This document shows positions 26,511 to 36,600 of a DNA stretch of 64,000 nucleotides, piece after piece. The DNA is from Candidatus Dormibacter sp. (GTDB lineage Bacteria > Chloroflexota > Dormibacteria > CF-121). A program made the position numbers and the translations under genes. Within the stretch, counting starts at the first letter, position 1; each line of letters starts with the position of its first letter. The stretch is from positions 76,439-140,438 of the forward strand of contig JBDTEO010000011.1 of assembly GCA_039922495.1 (NCBI GenBank), read 5' to 3'. Under the pieces are notes generated by a model. The model ran no database searches, was not told where the DNA came from, and saw nothing but the letters and a program-made list of their open reading frames with translations.

Positions 26511-28921
26511 ACCCGTGTAATCAGCTCGCGCTCCAGCGACTCCCGCGCCTTGACCACCAGGCGGCGGAGCAGGGGGCGCTCGACCACGGCCCACTCGATC
26601 TGTCGCAGCGCGCTGTACAGGCCCTTGACCGCCTTGACCGCATCGCCAAGGTCCACCCCGGGGGGCGGCTGCATCGCCGGCAGCGGCAGACCGCTGCACC
26701 AGTCATAGACGAAGTCGACATAATCGCTCGAGAGCGGTCGAAAATTGTTTTCGCCGCGATCCCGCTCGCGGGCGGAGAAGCGGTAATAGATGACGCGCAG
26801 GCGCTTTTGCGCCAGTGCCACCGCGCTGGTCGGCAGCCGTCGCCGGGCCTGTGGACGATCGCGGTTGCGATCTTCGGCAGTCACCATCACGACCGAGGCG
26901 GCCAGCTCCGCCGGCGTCAGCTCCGCCAGCCAGCCATCCGTGATCGCCTCGGTGATGATCAGGCTGTTCTCGCCGTAGATTCGTGATGCCAGCAGGCCTT
27001 TCTCGGTTGGCACGGCGCCCTTGAGAAAGCCGAGGTCTTCCAGGATCGCGCGCAGGGCAGCCATCCGCCGGCGATACTCGCCCTGGCTGCGTTCGGCGTC
27101 GTGCTCCGAGGCGGCCAGCTGGGCCTGCAGCGCGCGCCGCTCGTCGTCGTGAGCCTTGTGCTCGGCGAGAAAGGGGCACTTGCGACAGGGCAGGTCCGCC
27201 AGCACGGTCTGCCCTTGGTCGACCTGCAGCTTGAGGTCGCCGAGCGATCGACCGTCGGGATCCCGCGTCGAACGACCGCGGCCCCGACTATGTGCTCGCC
27301 CTTTGTGCCAGTGCTCGCGACGAAGCCGGCGCATCCGGACGCGGAGGCCGGCGATCTCGTCGGTGGCTCGGGTAAAGGTGGCAAAGGTTTGGTCGGAACA
27401 GCAGGGGTCGCCGTCTAAGGCGAAGCGGCCGTTCGATGCATCGTCCACCCGCCGGCGCAGGTTGGCGAGCCGGTCGTCCAGCTCCCGGCGGGCCAGGCCC
27501 TTCTGGTACTGGCCGAACGACCGCTCCATCAGCAGGTCGACCTCTTCCGCCGGGTGGTAGCGGAGGAGGTTGAGCGCCATGTTGTAGGTGGGCGCGAACT
27601 TGCTCTCGACGGTCATCTCCTGACCTAAGGCCGCCTCGTAGATGGTCCCGATGTCGATGTCGGGCTCCTTGAGGATGATGCCGTGGCCGATCGGGTCAAT
27701 GCCCCGCCGTCCAGCCCGACCCATCAACTGGGTCAGCTCCCCCGACGTCAGGGCCGTGAAGTTCTGCCCGTCGAACTTGGTGAAGGAGGAGACCACCACC
27801 GCGCGGGCGGGCATATGGATGCCGAGCGAGAGCGTCTCGGTGGCGAACACGACCTTGATCAGGCCCTGGGCGAAGAGGTCCTCGACGATTTCCTTGAGAT
27901 AGGGGAGGAGGCCGGCGTGGTGCATCGCCAGGCCGCGGCGAAGGATGTCGGCGTCCAGCAGACCGGCGTACAGATCCGCCTCGTCCCTGTCTCGCACCTG
28001 CTCGAGCCGGCGGGTGACGACGCGGTCGATCAGGAGTTTCTCGTCCTCGGTGGTGAGATCCAGGCCATGGCTGGCGCACCGACCGAGCGCCTCGCGGCAG
28101 CCGCGGCGCGAAAAGATGAAGTAGATCGCCGGAAGAAACTCACGACGGCGCAGGCGTTCGACCACCGGGAGCAGATCGTTCCCCGGTGCCCGTCGCAGCT
28201 GGGACAGCCGGAAGTCCGTGGAGGCGTCACTCTGCGCCCGCAACCGGGTGTCGCGCGGGATGCCGCCCCGCTCATCGAGCAAAGGATAAAAGTCGTTATG
28301 CATCGCGAGCCAGAGCCGCAGCTCGACCGGCCGCTTCCGGACGCTCACGGTGGCGATGTCGCCGCGCTGCAGGCTCATCCAGTCGGCGATCTCCTGATAA
28401 TTGCTGATCGTCGCCGAGAGCCCGATGAACTTGATCTGCGGAGGCGCCTGGATGATGATCTCCTCCCAGACGGCGCCGCGCGGGAAATCGTCGATGTAGT
28501 GGACCTCGTCGAGGATCACGTATCGAACCTGCGCCAGGCGCTCCGGCTCCTCATAGATAAGGTTGCGCAGAATCTCGGTTGTCATGACCACGACGGGAGC
28601 GCCGGGGTTGATCGTGTTCTCGCCCGTGACCAACCCCACGGAGCCCTCACCGTGCCGGCGGCTGTAGTCGCGGAATTTCTGATTGGACAACGCCTTCAGC
28701 GGCGTCGTATAGATGGCGCGGGTATCCGTCCCGAGGGCCCGGTAGATCGCGTAGTCGGCAATCACGGTTTTGCCGGAGCTGGTCGGCGCCGAGACGAGCA
28801 CGCCCTGATGCGATTCGAGCTTCTCGATCGCCTCGACCTGAAAGGCATCGAGCGGCCATGGCAGGGTTGCCTGGAAGGCTGGAAGAAAGGATGGGGGTGC
28901 CGGGCTGACCGTCTGGCTCAC
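26507..28921 (-). CDS. helY: Ski2-like DEAD/DEAH helicase (HelY family)
   Basis: APTSSGKT, PLKALSNQK, DEVH, SAT, HHAGL, QLMGRAGRRG. Confidence 0.88.
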   Translation of the reverse strand: MSQTVSPAPPSFLPAFQATLPWPLDAFQVEAIEKLESHQGVLVSAPTSSGKTVIADYAIYRALGTDTRAIYTTPLKALSNQKFRDYSRRHGEGSVGLVTGENTINPGAPVVVMTTEILRNLIYEEPERLAQVRYVILDEVHYIDDFPRGAVWEEIIIQAPPQIKFIGLSATISNYQEIADWMSLQRGDIATVSVRKRPVELRLWLAMHNDFYPLLDERGGIPRDTRLRAQSDASTDFRLSQLRRAPGNDLLPVVERLRRREFLPAIYFIFSRRGCREALGRCASHGLDLTTEDEKLLIDRVVTRRLEQVRDRDEADLYAGLLDADILRRGLAMHHAGLLPYLKEIVEDLFAQGLIKVVFATETLSLGIHMPARAVVVSSFTKFDGQNFTALTSGELTQLMGRAGRRGIDPIGHGIILKEPDIDIGTIYEAALGQEMTVESKFAPTYNMALNLLRYHPAEEVDLLMERSFGQYQKGLARRELDDRLANLRRRVDDASNGRFALDGDPCCSDQTFATFTRATDEIAGLRVRMRRLRREHWHKGRAHSRGRGRSTRDPDGRSLGDLKLQVDQGQTVLADLPCRKCPFLAEHKAHDDERRALQAQLAASEHDAERSQGEYRRRMAALRAILEDLGFLKGAVPTEKGLLASRIYGENSLIITEAITDGWLAELTPAELAASVVMVTAEDRNRDRPQARRRLPTSAVALAQKRLRVIYYRFSARERDRGENNFRPLSSDYVDFVYDWCSGLPLPAMQPPPGVDLGDAVKAVKGLYSALRQIEWAVVERPLLRRLVVKARESLERELITRV

Positions 28922-28948
28922 ACTAGGGAGCCATCGTACCGACCCCGG

Positions 28949-29881
28949 CTAGCGCTTTCGTGGAGGACCGACGAGCTGGGCGGTCGGCGCGCGTTCCCGG
29001 TCTTTGAGCCAGCGAAGGCGCGTTTCCTCGACCTCGTCCGTATACCGTTGCCGGCAGCGCCGCATCGCCTTGGCGACGGCGTTGCGGACGATTGGTTCGG
29101 GTCCCTTCGCCAGCCGCTCGAGGATGGCTTTGGCAGCGGGCCAGTGGAAGGACCCGATAGCACTGGAGAAGGCCATCGCGACGTTCCATCGCACGATGGG
29201 GTCCCGGTGCTTCGACCATTCGCGGAGGCACTTCAGCGTCTGTTTTGGGTCGACCCGGAGGAGCGCGTCGCCGATGGCCGACGGTCCGAGGTTGCGCCGG
29301 ACATACGGTTCGGGATCGGACAGGAGTGGCTCGAGCATGCCCAGCAGGTCGCCGACCCGTTCAGGCTTGTCGCGGCGCGCGGCATATTTGGCGGCGAGGA
29401 CGACGGCGCGTCGGAGGTTCTCCGAGCGTGCGGACCGCAGGTCGATGAGATGCTCCCGAATCCGATCGAAGTCGCGATCGAGCAGGGTGCCGAGCAAGCC
29501 GCCGGCGGCTTCGCGAACCTCCCAGTGGGGATCGTCGGCCAGCGTCTCCGCGATGCGCAGGACCCCGGCCGGGTCATTTTCGTAGCGGCTCGCGAGCAAC
29601 AGGCAGGCGACCTGCCGGCCCGTCGGAGAGGGTGAGGTCGCGAGCAGGTCGATCCAGCGGCTGATCCGACCGGTTTGCGCCGCCAACGCCATGGCGAGCC
29701 GTTGGCCCACCTGCTGCCGGAGGGAGGCCGGACTTCCCGAGCGCCCCTCGTGGAGCTGGCCGTCGAGCGCAGAGACAACGCCGTTGGGGTCATCCCGCGC
29801 CAGCGCCGCCAGGACAGCGGCGAGCGGGCCGTCCTCGACGGTTCCCAGGTCGTCGACATTGGTCCCGGCGACCGGTGTCAC
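28949..29881 (-). CDS. HEAT-repeat protein (DNA alkylation repair-like)
   Basis: Repeated units ADDPHWEVRE, SENLRR, DPEPYVRR, DPIVRW, PEPIVR. Confidence 0.75.
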   Translation of the reverse strand: MTPVAGTNVDDLGTVEDGPLAAVLAALARDDPNGVVSALDGQLHEGRSGSPASLRQQVGQRLAMALAAQTGRISRWIDLLATSPSPTGRQVACLLLASRYENDPAGVLRIAETLADDPHWEVREAAGGLLGTLLDRDFDRIREHLIDLRSARSENLRRAVVLAAKYAARRDKPERVGDLLGMLEPLLSDPEPYVRRNLGPSAIGDALLRVDPKQTLKCLREWSKHRDPIVRWNVAMAFSSAIGSFHWPAAKAILERLAKGPEPIVRNAVAKAMRRCRQRYTDEVEETRLRWLKDRERAPTAQLVGPPRKR

Positions 29882-30168
29882 GTGGTCAGGATCTCGATTC
29901 GGCTCTGATGCAATATCGCTCCATCGGGTTGAGCTTCGGCGAAGTGAACGATCTTGCTCAAAATCTCGTTCGCGTGGCGACGGTCGTTGGTCACGCAGGT
30001 CACTCCCAGTGACAGCACCTGCCAGCGATCAAGCTCCGCGACCTCCGCAACCGAGACATTAAACCGGTTGCGGATCCGCTGTATGAGTGAGCGGCTCACC
30101 TGGCGTTTTCCCTTCAAACTGTGGTTCCCCGGCAGGTGGAAGTCGAGCTCGCAGGTCCCCACGACCAC
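29878..30168 (-). CDS. DUF503 / YlxP family protein
   Basis: HSLKGKR, RFNVSVAEV..DRWQ. Confidence 0.9.
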   Translation of the reverse strand: MVVGTCELDFHLPGNHSLKGKRQVSRSLIQRIRNRFNVSVAEVAELDRWQVLSLGVTCVTNDRRHANEILSKIVHFAEAQPDGAILHQSRIEILTT

Positions 30169-30234
30169 CAGCTAAGGATACGTAGCCGCTATCCGGCAGC
30201 CTATGGGCTGGCAAAACTCTCCTATAGTGGCGGC

Positions 30235-32067
30235 ATGAAATCGGCCTTGCGCAGCGAGGAGCGCCTTCCGGACGCCGCGGTCCCGCTGCCCAAAACGGTC
30301 CCGGCACTCTTTCAACAAACCGCGGGGCGACGTGCGGACGCGCCCGCGCTCTTCTTCAAGGCCGGCCAGCGCTGGGTCCCGATCAGCTGGCGGGAGTACG
30401 CGCGCGCTGTCGGCCGGCTTGCCAACGCGCTGATGAGCGAGGGCCTCCTGTCGCAGGATCGCGTGGCTGTCTGGTCCGCGAATCGTCCGCAGTGGCAGAT
30501 CGCCGATCTCGGCATTGTCCACGCGGGCGCGGTCACCGTCGCCGTCTACGCCACGCTGGCACCGGAGCAGGTCAGATACCTGCTGCAGCATTCCGAATCA
30601 AAGATCTTGATCGTGGAGGATCGCAAGCTTCTGGATCAGGTGGCGGGCATGCGATCGGAGCTGCCCAAGCTCCAGCGCGTGATCCTGATCGAAGGCGATA
30701 TTCCGGAGGTCGAAGGCTGGGTGATCACCTGGGAAGAGGCGCTTCGGCGAGGCGACGAGTTCGGGCGCGGCCGGCCCGGCATGCTGACGAGCCGATGGCA
30801 GGCGGTGCGACCGGATGACATGGCCAGCCTGATCTACACCTCGGGCACGACCGGCACGCCCAAAGCGGCCATCCTCACGCACGGCAACCTGACCTGGACG
30901 GCGGAAACGACGATGCGATGCCTGCCCGGTGACGCGACCGACCGGGCGCTCTCGTACCTCCCGCTCGCGCATGTGCTGGAACGGGTGGTCAGTCACCTGC
31001 GCCAGCTCTGCACCGGCTGCGAAGTGTATTTCTGTCCCAGCGTCGACCAGGTCATGACCCTGGTCCGCGAGGTCCACCCGACGTACTTCACCTCGGTTCC
31101 CCGGCTCTGGGAAAAAATCTATGACGGCGTCCGCAGCCGGATGGACAAGGCCACCGGCACCCGTCGGGTGGTTCGCGACTGGGCCCTCCTGATGGGGGCG
31201 CGCCGCGCCGCCGCGTACGATCGCGGGCGCAAGCCGTCGCCGTGGGTGCAGGCCCAATGGAACCTGGCCGATCGGATCGTGTTCAGCAAAATCCGAGCGG
31301 CCATCGGCCTCGACCAGGTGAAAATCTGCGTCAGTGGCTCGGCCCCGGTCTCCCCAGACATGCTGCGCTTTTTCTATGGATTGGGGATCGAGATCCTCGA
31401 GGGGTACGGCCTGACCGAGACGACGGCGCCCGCCACCGTCAACCGTCCGGGCGCGGCACGCTTCGGCACGGTCGGACCGGCGCTGCCGGGAGTCGAATTG
31501 CGGATCGAGCCGGACGGCGAGGTGCTGATCAAGGGCAACAACGTCTTTACGGGATACCTCAAAGACGAGAAGGCGACGAGCGAGGCGCTGGCCGACGGGT
31601 GGCTACGCAGCGGTGACGTGGGCGAGCTCGACCGGGACGGATTCCTCAAAATCACGGATCGCAAGAAGGACCTGTTCAAGACCTCGGGTGGAAAGTACAT
31701 CGCCCCGGCGGCGATGGAGAACACGCTGCGAGGCCGGCCCGGCATTGCCCAGGCCGTCGTCCTGGGCGATGGCCGGCCCTTTGTCGCTGCCCTGGTCACG
31801 CTCGATCCGGATTCGGCGGAAGCGAAACGTGGCAAGGCCGATTCCTCGGTGACGCGGATGGTCGACGAGGCGATCGCGCAGGTCAACCGCGGTCTGTCAC
31901 ATCCGGAACAGATCAAGAAATGGGCGATCCTCGACGCCGACTTCATCGTGGGAGACGAGCTGACGCCGACGATGAAGGTTAAGCGCAAGCGGATCGCCGA
32001 GAAGTACCGCACCGAGATCGAGCAGCTTTACGGCGACAAAAAGAGCGCCTCGGGCGGCGCTATCTGA
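30235..32067 (+). CDS. fadD: Long-chain fatty acid-CoA ligase
   Basis: YTSGTTGTPK, EGYGLTET, SGDVG, DRKKDLFKTSGGKYIAP, LTPTMKVKR. Confidence 0.92.
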   Translation: MKSALRSEERLPDAAVPLPKTVPALFQQTAGRRADAPALFFKAGQRWVPISWREYARAVGRLANALMSEGLLSQDRVAVWSANRPQWQIADLGIVHAGAVTVAVYATLAPEQVRYLLQHSESKILIVEDRKLLDQVAGMRSELPKLQRVILIEGDIPEVEGWVITWEEALRRGDEFGRGRPGMLTSRWQAVRPDDMASLIYTSGTTGTPKAAILTHGNLTWTAETTMRCLPGDATDRALSYLPLAHVLERVVSHLRQLCTGCEVYFCPSVDQVMTLVREVHPTYFTSVPRLWEKIYDGVRSRMDKATGTRRVVRDWALLMGARRAAAYDRGRKPSPWVQAQWNLADRIVFSKIRAAIGLDQVKICVSGSAPVSPDMLRFFYGLGIEILEGYGLTETTAPATVNRPGAARFGTVGPALPGVELRIEPDGEVLIKGNNVFTGYLKDEKATSEALADGWLRSGDVGELDRDGFLKITDRKKDLFKTSGGKYIAPAAMENTLRGRPGIAQAVVLGDGRPFVAALVTLDPDSAEAKRGKADSSVTRMVDEAIAQVNRGLSHPEQIKKWAILDADFIVGDELTPTMKVKRKRIAEKYRTEIEQLYGDKKSASGGAI

Positions 32068-32641
32068 CCCGTAAATACGGATTGCCAGTCCGTTCGGCCC
32101 CGATCGTCGTGTTGGGGCCATGCCCGGGATAGACGACGGTGTTGTCAGCCAGCCGCAGCAGCTGGCCATGCAGGCTGAGCAGCATCTGCTGGGGGTTCGA
32201 CCCGGGGAGGTCGAGACGGCCGATCTTTCCCGCCATCAGCGTGTCGCCGGTAAAGAGATGGTTGCCGACCTTGAAGCAGAGCCCACCCGGTGAGTGTCCG
32301 GGCGTCGGGATGACTTCCAGCTCGAAGCTGCCGAAGGGCAGGCGATCCGTGCTCGTCAGGTAGCGGTCGGCGGACTTGAGCTGAGCGGTGGCATCGGCCA
32401 GATGCATGGCGGTGGCGGCGCCGGTGGCGGCCTTGATCGCCTCCTTCGCGCCGGTGTGACCTGGGTGCGCGTGGGTGAAGCAGATCCAGCGCACGGTTCG
32501 ACCGGCCAGCTGGCCCGTGATCTTCGGCGCGTCGTCGCCCGGGTCGATGACCACCGCCTCCTGCGTGTCGCCACAGGCGACGACGTAGCAGTTGGTGTCC
32601 TTTTCGCCGACGTGAACCTTCTGAATCCCGAGCCGGGCCAT
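32060..32641 (-). CDS. Metallo-beta-lactamase-fold hydrolase (glyoxalase II-like)
   Basis: TNCY, IDPG, THAHPGH, TPGHSPG, FTGD, YPGHG. Confidence 0.88.
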   Translation of the reverse strand: MARLGIQKVHVGEKDTNCYVVACGDTQEAVVIDPGDDAPKITGQLAGRTVRWICFTHAHPGHTGAKEAIKAATGAATAMHLADATAQLKSADRYLTSTDRLPFGSFELEVIPTPGHSPGGLCFKVGNHLFTGDTLMAGKIGRLDLPGSNPQQMLLSLHGQLLRLADNTVVYPGHGPNTTIGAERTGNPYLRVR

Positions 32642-32692
32642 GCCACTAGATTAGTTGGACGAAAACGGTCGCGCGATTGCTACGCTGATGGT

Positions 32693-33445
32693 ATGCAGGA
32701 AGCGAGGCAGGCCGTCAAGTACACGTTCGTGAAGCTCGACCCAGCGGTCCTCGCCTGGGACGAATCCGATCGCGCGAGCGCCGCCGAGGAGTTCGCCGCC
32801 CTGTTGGAGGATCGGCCCGACGACGGTACGCTGTCGACCTTCAGCACCGTGGGGCTGCGCGGCGATTGCGACCTGCTGGTCTGGCATGCGGCCGACAGCA
32901 TGGATGCGATCCAACAGCAGGAAGCCCGCTGGCGCGCGACCCGGCTCGGACCGCAGCTGCGGATCGCGCATTCGTTCCTCGCGATGATGAAGCCGTCCCC
33001 GTACCTCGGGCGGCATCGTCACCCCGACCAGGAGGGACTCCGAACGCGCCTCAAGCCGACCGGGAGCCGCTACCTCTTTGTCTATCCGATGGTCAAGAAG
33101 CGGGCCTGGTATCGGCTTCCATACGAGAGCCGGAAGGCCATGATGATCGAGCACTTCGGCATCGGCCATCGCTACCCGCAGGTCAAGATCAACACCGGCT
33201 ACTCCTTCGGGCTCGACGACCAGGAGTTCGTGGTGGCCTTCGAATGTGACGAACCGTCGGTCTTCCTCGATCTGGTGATGGAGCTGCGCGAGTCGAAGGC
33301 GAGCCGCTACACGGAACGGGAGACGCCGATCTTCACCTGCGTCCGGATGGGCGCGCTCCCTGTGCTGAACCTTGCCCTCGGGCTCGGCCAGCTCACGGCG
33401 GACGGGATCCTTGCGAGTCAAATCAGCCTGATCACGGGCGGATGA
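32693..33445 (+). CDS. hemQ: Chlorite dismutase family protein, likely coproheme decarboxylase
   Basis: FVYPMVKKRAWYRL, MMIEH, YSFGLDDQEFVV; coupled to hemE. Confidence 0.85.
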   Translation: MQEARQAVKYTFVKLDPAVLAWDESDRASAAEEFAALLEDRPDDGTLSTFSTVGLRGDCDLLVWHAADSMDAIQQQEARWRATRLGPQLRIAHSFLAMMKPSPYLGRHRHPDQEGLRTRLKPTGSRYLFVYPMVKKRAWYRLPYESRKAMMIEHFGIGHRYPQVKINTGYSFGLDDQEFVVAFECDEPSVFLDLVMELRESKASRYTERETPIFTCVRMGALPVLNLALGLGQLTADGILASQISLITGG

Positions 33446-34521
33446 CGCTGCCCGGCCAATCCCTTCCGCTGGCCAGCCGCGAGCTGGCCGGCACGAATGC
33501 GCCGTTGCTGGTGCGCGCGGCACGCCGGCAGGCGACAGCGCGACGTCCGGTGTGGTTCATGCGCCAGGCCGGCCGGTCGTTGCCCGAGTACCGGAAGGTC
33601 CGCGAGTCGGCTGACCTCTTCACGATCTGCCAGGATCCGGCACTCTGTACCCAGGTCACGATGCAGCCGGTCACCCGGTTGGGTGTCGATGGCGCCGTGC
33701 TCTTCGCGGACATCATGCTCCCGGTCGCCTTTTCGCTGGGCGTGAACCTGCGCCTGGTTGAAGATGTGGGCCCGGTGATCGACGAACCGATCCGCACCAG
33801 GGCCGCCGTCGAGCGGCTGCTCGCGCTGGCCCCGCAGGAGTCGGTCCCTTTCGTGCTCGAAACGATTCGGCTGCTGCGCCGGGCGCTCGATCCGGCGGTG
33901 GCCGTGATTGGCTTCGCCGGCGCCCCGTTCACGCTGGCCGGCTACCTGATCGAGGGCAAGCCGTCGCGGGACTTCCTCTTGACCAAGGCGATGATGTACG
34001 GCGAGCCCGAGCTGTGGGACGCGCTGATGGGCCGGCTCAGCCGCCTGGTTCTCGCCTACCTGCAGGCCCAGGTCGAGGCCGGCGCGCAGATGATCCAACT
34101 CTTCGACAGCTGGGTCGGCGCGCTGTCGCCCGCGGATTACCGCCGGTCGGTCCAGCCGTACGTCGCGGCCATCTTCGATGGCCTGCGCGCGGCAGGGGTG
34201 CCGACGATTCACTTTGGCACCGGAACCGCCGCCCTCTTGCCGGCGATGCGCGAGGCGGGCGGCGACGTCATCGGGCTCGACTGGCGGGTGGACCTGTCGG
34301 AGGCCTGGGCCCGCGTGGGCTACGACCGCGGCGTCCAGGGCAACCTCGATCCGGCAGCGATGCTGGCGCCCTGGCCGACGGTCGAGGAGAAGGCGCGCGA
34401 GATTATCCGGCAGGCCGGGAACAGGCCGGGGCACATTTTCAATCTCGGCCATGGCGTCTTGCCCCAAACGCCGGTCGACCACCTGCAGCGGTTGGTCGAG
34501 CTGGTCCACACGACTCCGTAA
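33442..34521 (+). CDS. hemE: Uroporphyrinogen decarboxylase
   Basis: PVWFMRQAGRSLPEY, FADI, QLFDSW, QGNLDP, FNLGHG. Confidence 0.96.
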   Translation: MTLPGQSLPLASRELAGTNAPLLVRAARRQATARRPVWFMRQAGRSLPEYRKVRESADLFTICQDPALCTQVTMQPVTRLGVDGAVLFADIMLPVAFSLGVNLRLVEDVGPVIDEPIRTRAAVERLLALAPQESVPFVLETIRLLRRALDPAVAVIGFAGAPFTLAGYLIEGKPSRDFLLTKAMMYGEPELWDALMGRLSRLVLAYLQAQVEAGAQMIQLFDSWVGALSPADYRRSVQPYVAAIFDGLRAAGVPTIHFGTGTAALLPAMREAGGDVIGLDWRVDLSEAWARVGYDRGVQGNLDPAAMLAPWPTVEEKAREIIRQAGNRPGHIFNLGHGVLPQTPVDHLQRLVELVHTTP

Positions 34522-34533
34522 AATCGTGCCGCA

Positions 34534-36318
34534 ATGACTTTTCTCTCCAGGATGATCACGATCACCCGCGGACACCGCGGCCTGCTCGGGATCGCGATCG
34601 CCGGTTCGATCCTCGCCACGGCCCTGAGCGTCGTTCCCGCGCTCATCATCCGTCAGGTGCTGGTCACGTTCGGCCAGCCGCGCGGGTCCAGCGGAACGAT
34701 CATCTGGCTCGGGCTGGCGATGGTGGCGGCCACGGCCGCGATTGCCGTCGCTCGCTACTTCGAAGGAGGCTTCGGGCACAACGCGGCCTTCAAGATCCTG
34801 CACGACGTCCGGATGCGGTGCTACGAGCAGATGCTGCGCCTCTCCATGGGTTTTCATACCAAGCAGCAATCCGGCGCGATGGCGGCCAAGATCATCGGGG
34901 ACGTCGAGACGATCGAGTTCTTCACCGCCCATGCCGGGATCCAGCTGATCAGCGCCGCGCTGGTGCCGGTATTCATCGGCATCCTGATGCTGGCCGTCAA
35001 CTGGCGCCTCGGCCTGATCGCCCTGGCGCCGCTGCTCGTGATTCTCGCCGTGCTCACCCTCTTTCGTGAGGCCGCCAACGCCGCCTTTAAGCGATCGCGC
35101 GACGAGCTCGGCCGCATGAATGGGCTGATGGTCGACCATATCCAGGGCGTCGGCGTGCTGAAGGCCTTCGCGGCCGCCGCCCAGGCGCGTCGCACCATCA
35201 ACGATCGCAGCCGGCGCCTGGCGGAGGCGGAGACGAGAGCCAACCTGCTGCACACCTGGTATTTCGCGGGCGTCGAGTGGCTGGCAGCGGTCCCGGTCGC
35301 CCTGGTGCTCCTTGCCGGCGGCCTGATGGTCCTCTCGGGCCAGCTGAGCGCCGCGAACCTCATCCTGTTCGTGTTTCTGACGACCTACCTGTACCGGCCG
35401 ATCACCGATCTCAATCGCCAGCTGGAGGGCCTACGCACGGCCCAGGCGGCGACCGAGCGCATCTACGAGATCTTGACGGCGCCGATCGAGGTGGCGGACG
35501 CCCCGAATGCGCGGGTGCCGGCCACGCCTGCCTACGATGTCCGGCTCGACGCGGTCACCTTCGCCTACGAGCCGGGCCGTCCGGTCCTGCACGACGTCTC
35601 GATCAACCTCCGCGAGGGGCAGGTCCTGGCCCTCGTGGGACCCAGCGGCGCGGGCAAGACAACCGTCGCAAACCTGATCGCGCGTTTCTGGGATCCGCAG
35701 GAGGGCGCCGTGCGTCTCGGCGGCGTGGACGTCCGCGACCTTCCCCTCGATTATGTGCACCGCAGCATCGGCCTCGTCCTGCAGGACGTCTTCCTCTTCA
35801 ACGACACCGTGGCCGCGAACATCAAGATCAGCGATCCCGACGCTGGCGATGCCCGGGTCGAGGCTGCGGCGCGCGCCGCCTACGCGCACGAGTTCATCAC
35901 GGAGCTCCCGAATGGCTACGAGACGATCATCGGCGAGCGTGGTGTCCGGCTCTCCGGCGGCCAGAAACAACGGATCTCGATTGCCCGCGCGCTGCTCCGC
36001 GATGCGCCGATCCTGATCCTCGACGAGGCGACGTCATCGGTCGACCCCGAAGCCGAGCATTTGATCCAGCTCGCGCTCGCCCGCTTGGTGGCCGATCGCA
36101 CCGTACTCGTGATCGCCCACCGGCTGTCGACCATCCGCCAGGCGAGTGAGATCGTTGTCCTCGACCGCGGCCGCGTGGTCCAGCGTGGGCGGCACGATGA
36201 GCTGGTCGATGCCCCCGGCCTGTATGCCAATCTCTACCGCGCGCAGCAGGTGGCGCGTCGCTGGGACGTGGCCGGGTCGCAGCGCGGGGAGGCGGAGCTA
36301 GCGCAGGCCGTCGAGTAG
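34534..36318 (+). CDS. ABC exporter with fused permease and ATPase (CydC-like)
   Basis: Six-TM domain; GPSGAGKT, LSGGQKQR, ILDEAT, IAHRL. Confidence 0.9.
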   Translation: MTFLSRMITITRGHRGLLGIAIAGSILATALSVVPALIIRQVLVTFGQPRGSSGTIIWLGLAMVAATAAIAVARYFEGGFGHNAAFKILHDVRMRCYEQMLRLSMGFHTKQQSGAMAAKIIGDVETIEFFTAHAGIQLISAALVPVFIGILMLAVNWRLGLIALAPLLVILAVLTLFREAANAAFKRSRDELGRMNGLMVDHIQGVGVLKAFAAAAQARRTINDRSRRLAEAETRANLLHTWYFAGVEWLAAVPVALVLLAGGLMVLSGQLSAANLILFVFLTTYLYRPITDLNRQLEGLRTAQAATERIYEILTAPIEVADAPNARVPATPAYDVRLDAVTFAYEPGRPVLHDVSINLREGQVLALVGPSGAGKTTVANLIARFWDPQEGAVRLGGVDVRDLPLDYVHRSIGLVLQDVFLFNDTVAANIKISDPDAGDARVEAAARAAYAHEFITELPNGYETIIGERGVRLSGGQKQRISIARALLRDAPILILDEATSSVDPEAEHLIQLALARLVADRTVLVIAHRLSTIRQASEIVVLDRGRVVQRGRHDELVDAPGLYANLYRAQQVARRWDVAGSQRGEAELAQAVE

Positions 36319-36600
36319 GACCTGGCGAAGCGCCTCGAGGCGCTCGAACTCCTCCATGCTGAGCTTGGCGGTGTTCTTCAGGGTGTGGGGATACTTGATC
36401 TTCTGGACGGCGTCGATCAGCTCGCGGACCTGGTCCTCGCTCAGGCTGTAGGCATAGGTCGGCGCGCGCTCCTGAAGGATCGGCAGCTGGTGGATCGGCG
36501 CGTGGGTCGGTTCAGGATCGGTTTCGGCCAGGATCTCGGGGGCGCGCGAGGTATCGCGGAAGAGCTCAGCGGAACCGCTCAGTGACACCCGCTTAAACAC
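36298..36600 (-). CDS. Small protein coupled to parA
   Basis: MFKRVSLSGSAELFR...; start overlaps the parA stop. Confidence 0.7.
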   Translation of the reverse strand: MFKRVSLSGSAELFRDTSRAPEILAETDPEPTHAPIHQLPILQERAPTYAYSLSEDQVRELIDAVQKIKYPHTLKNTAKLSMEEFERLEALRQVLLDGLR

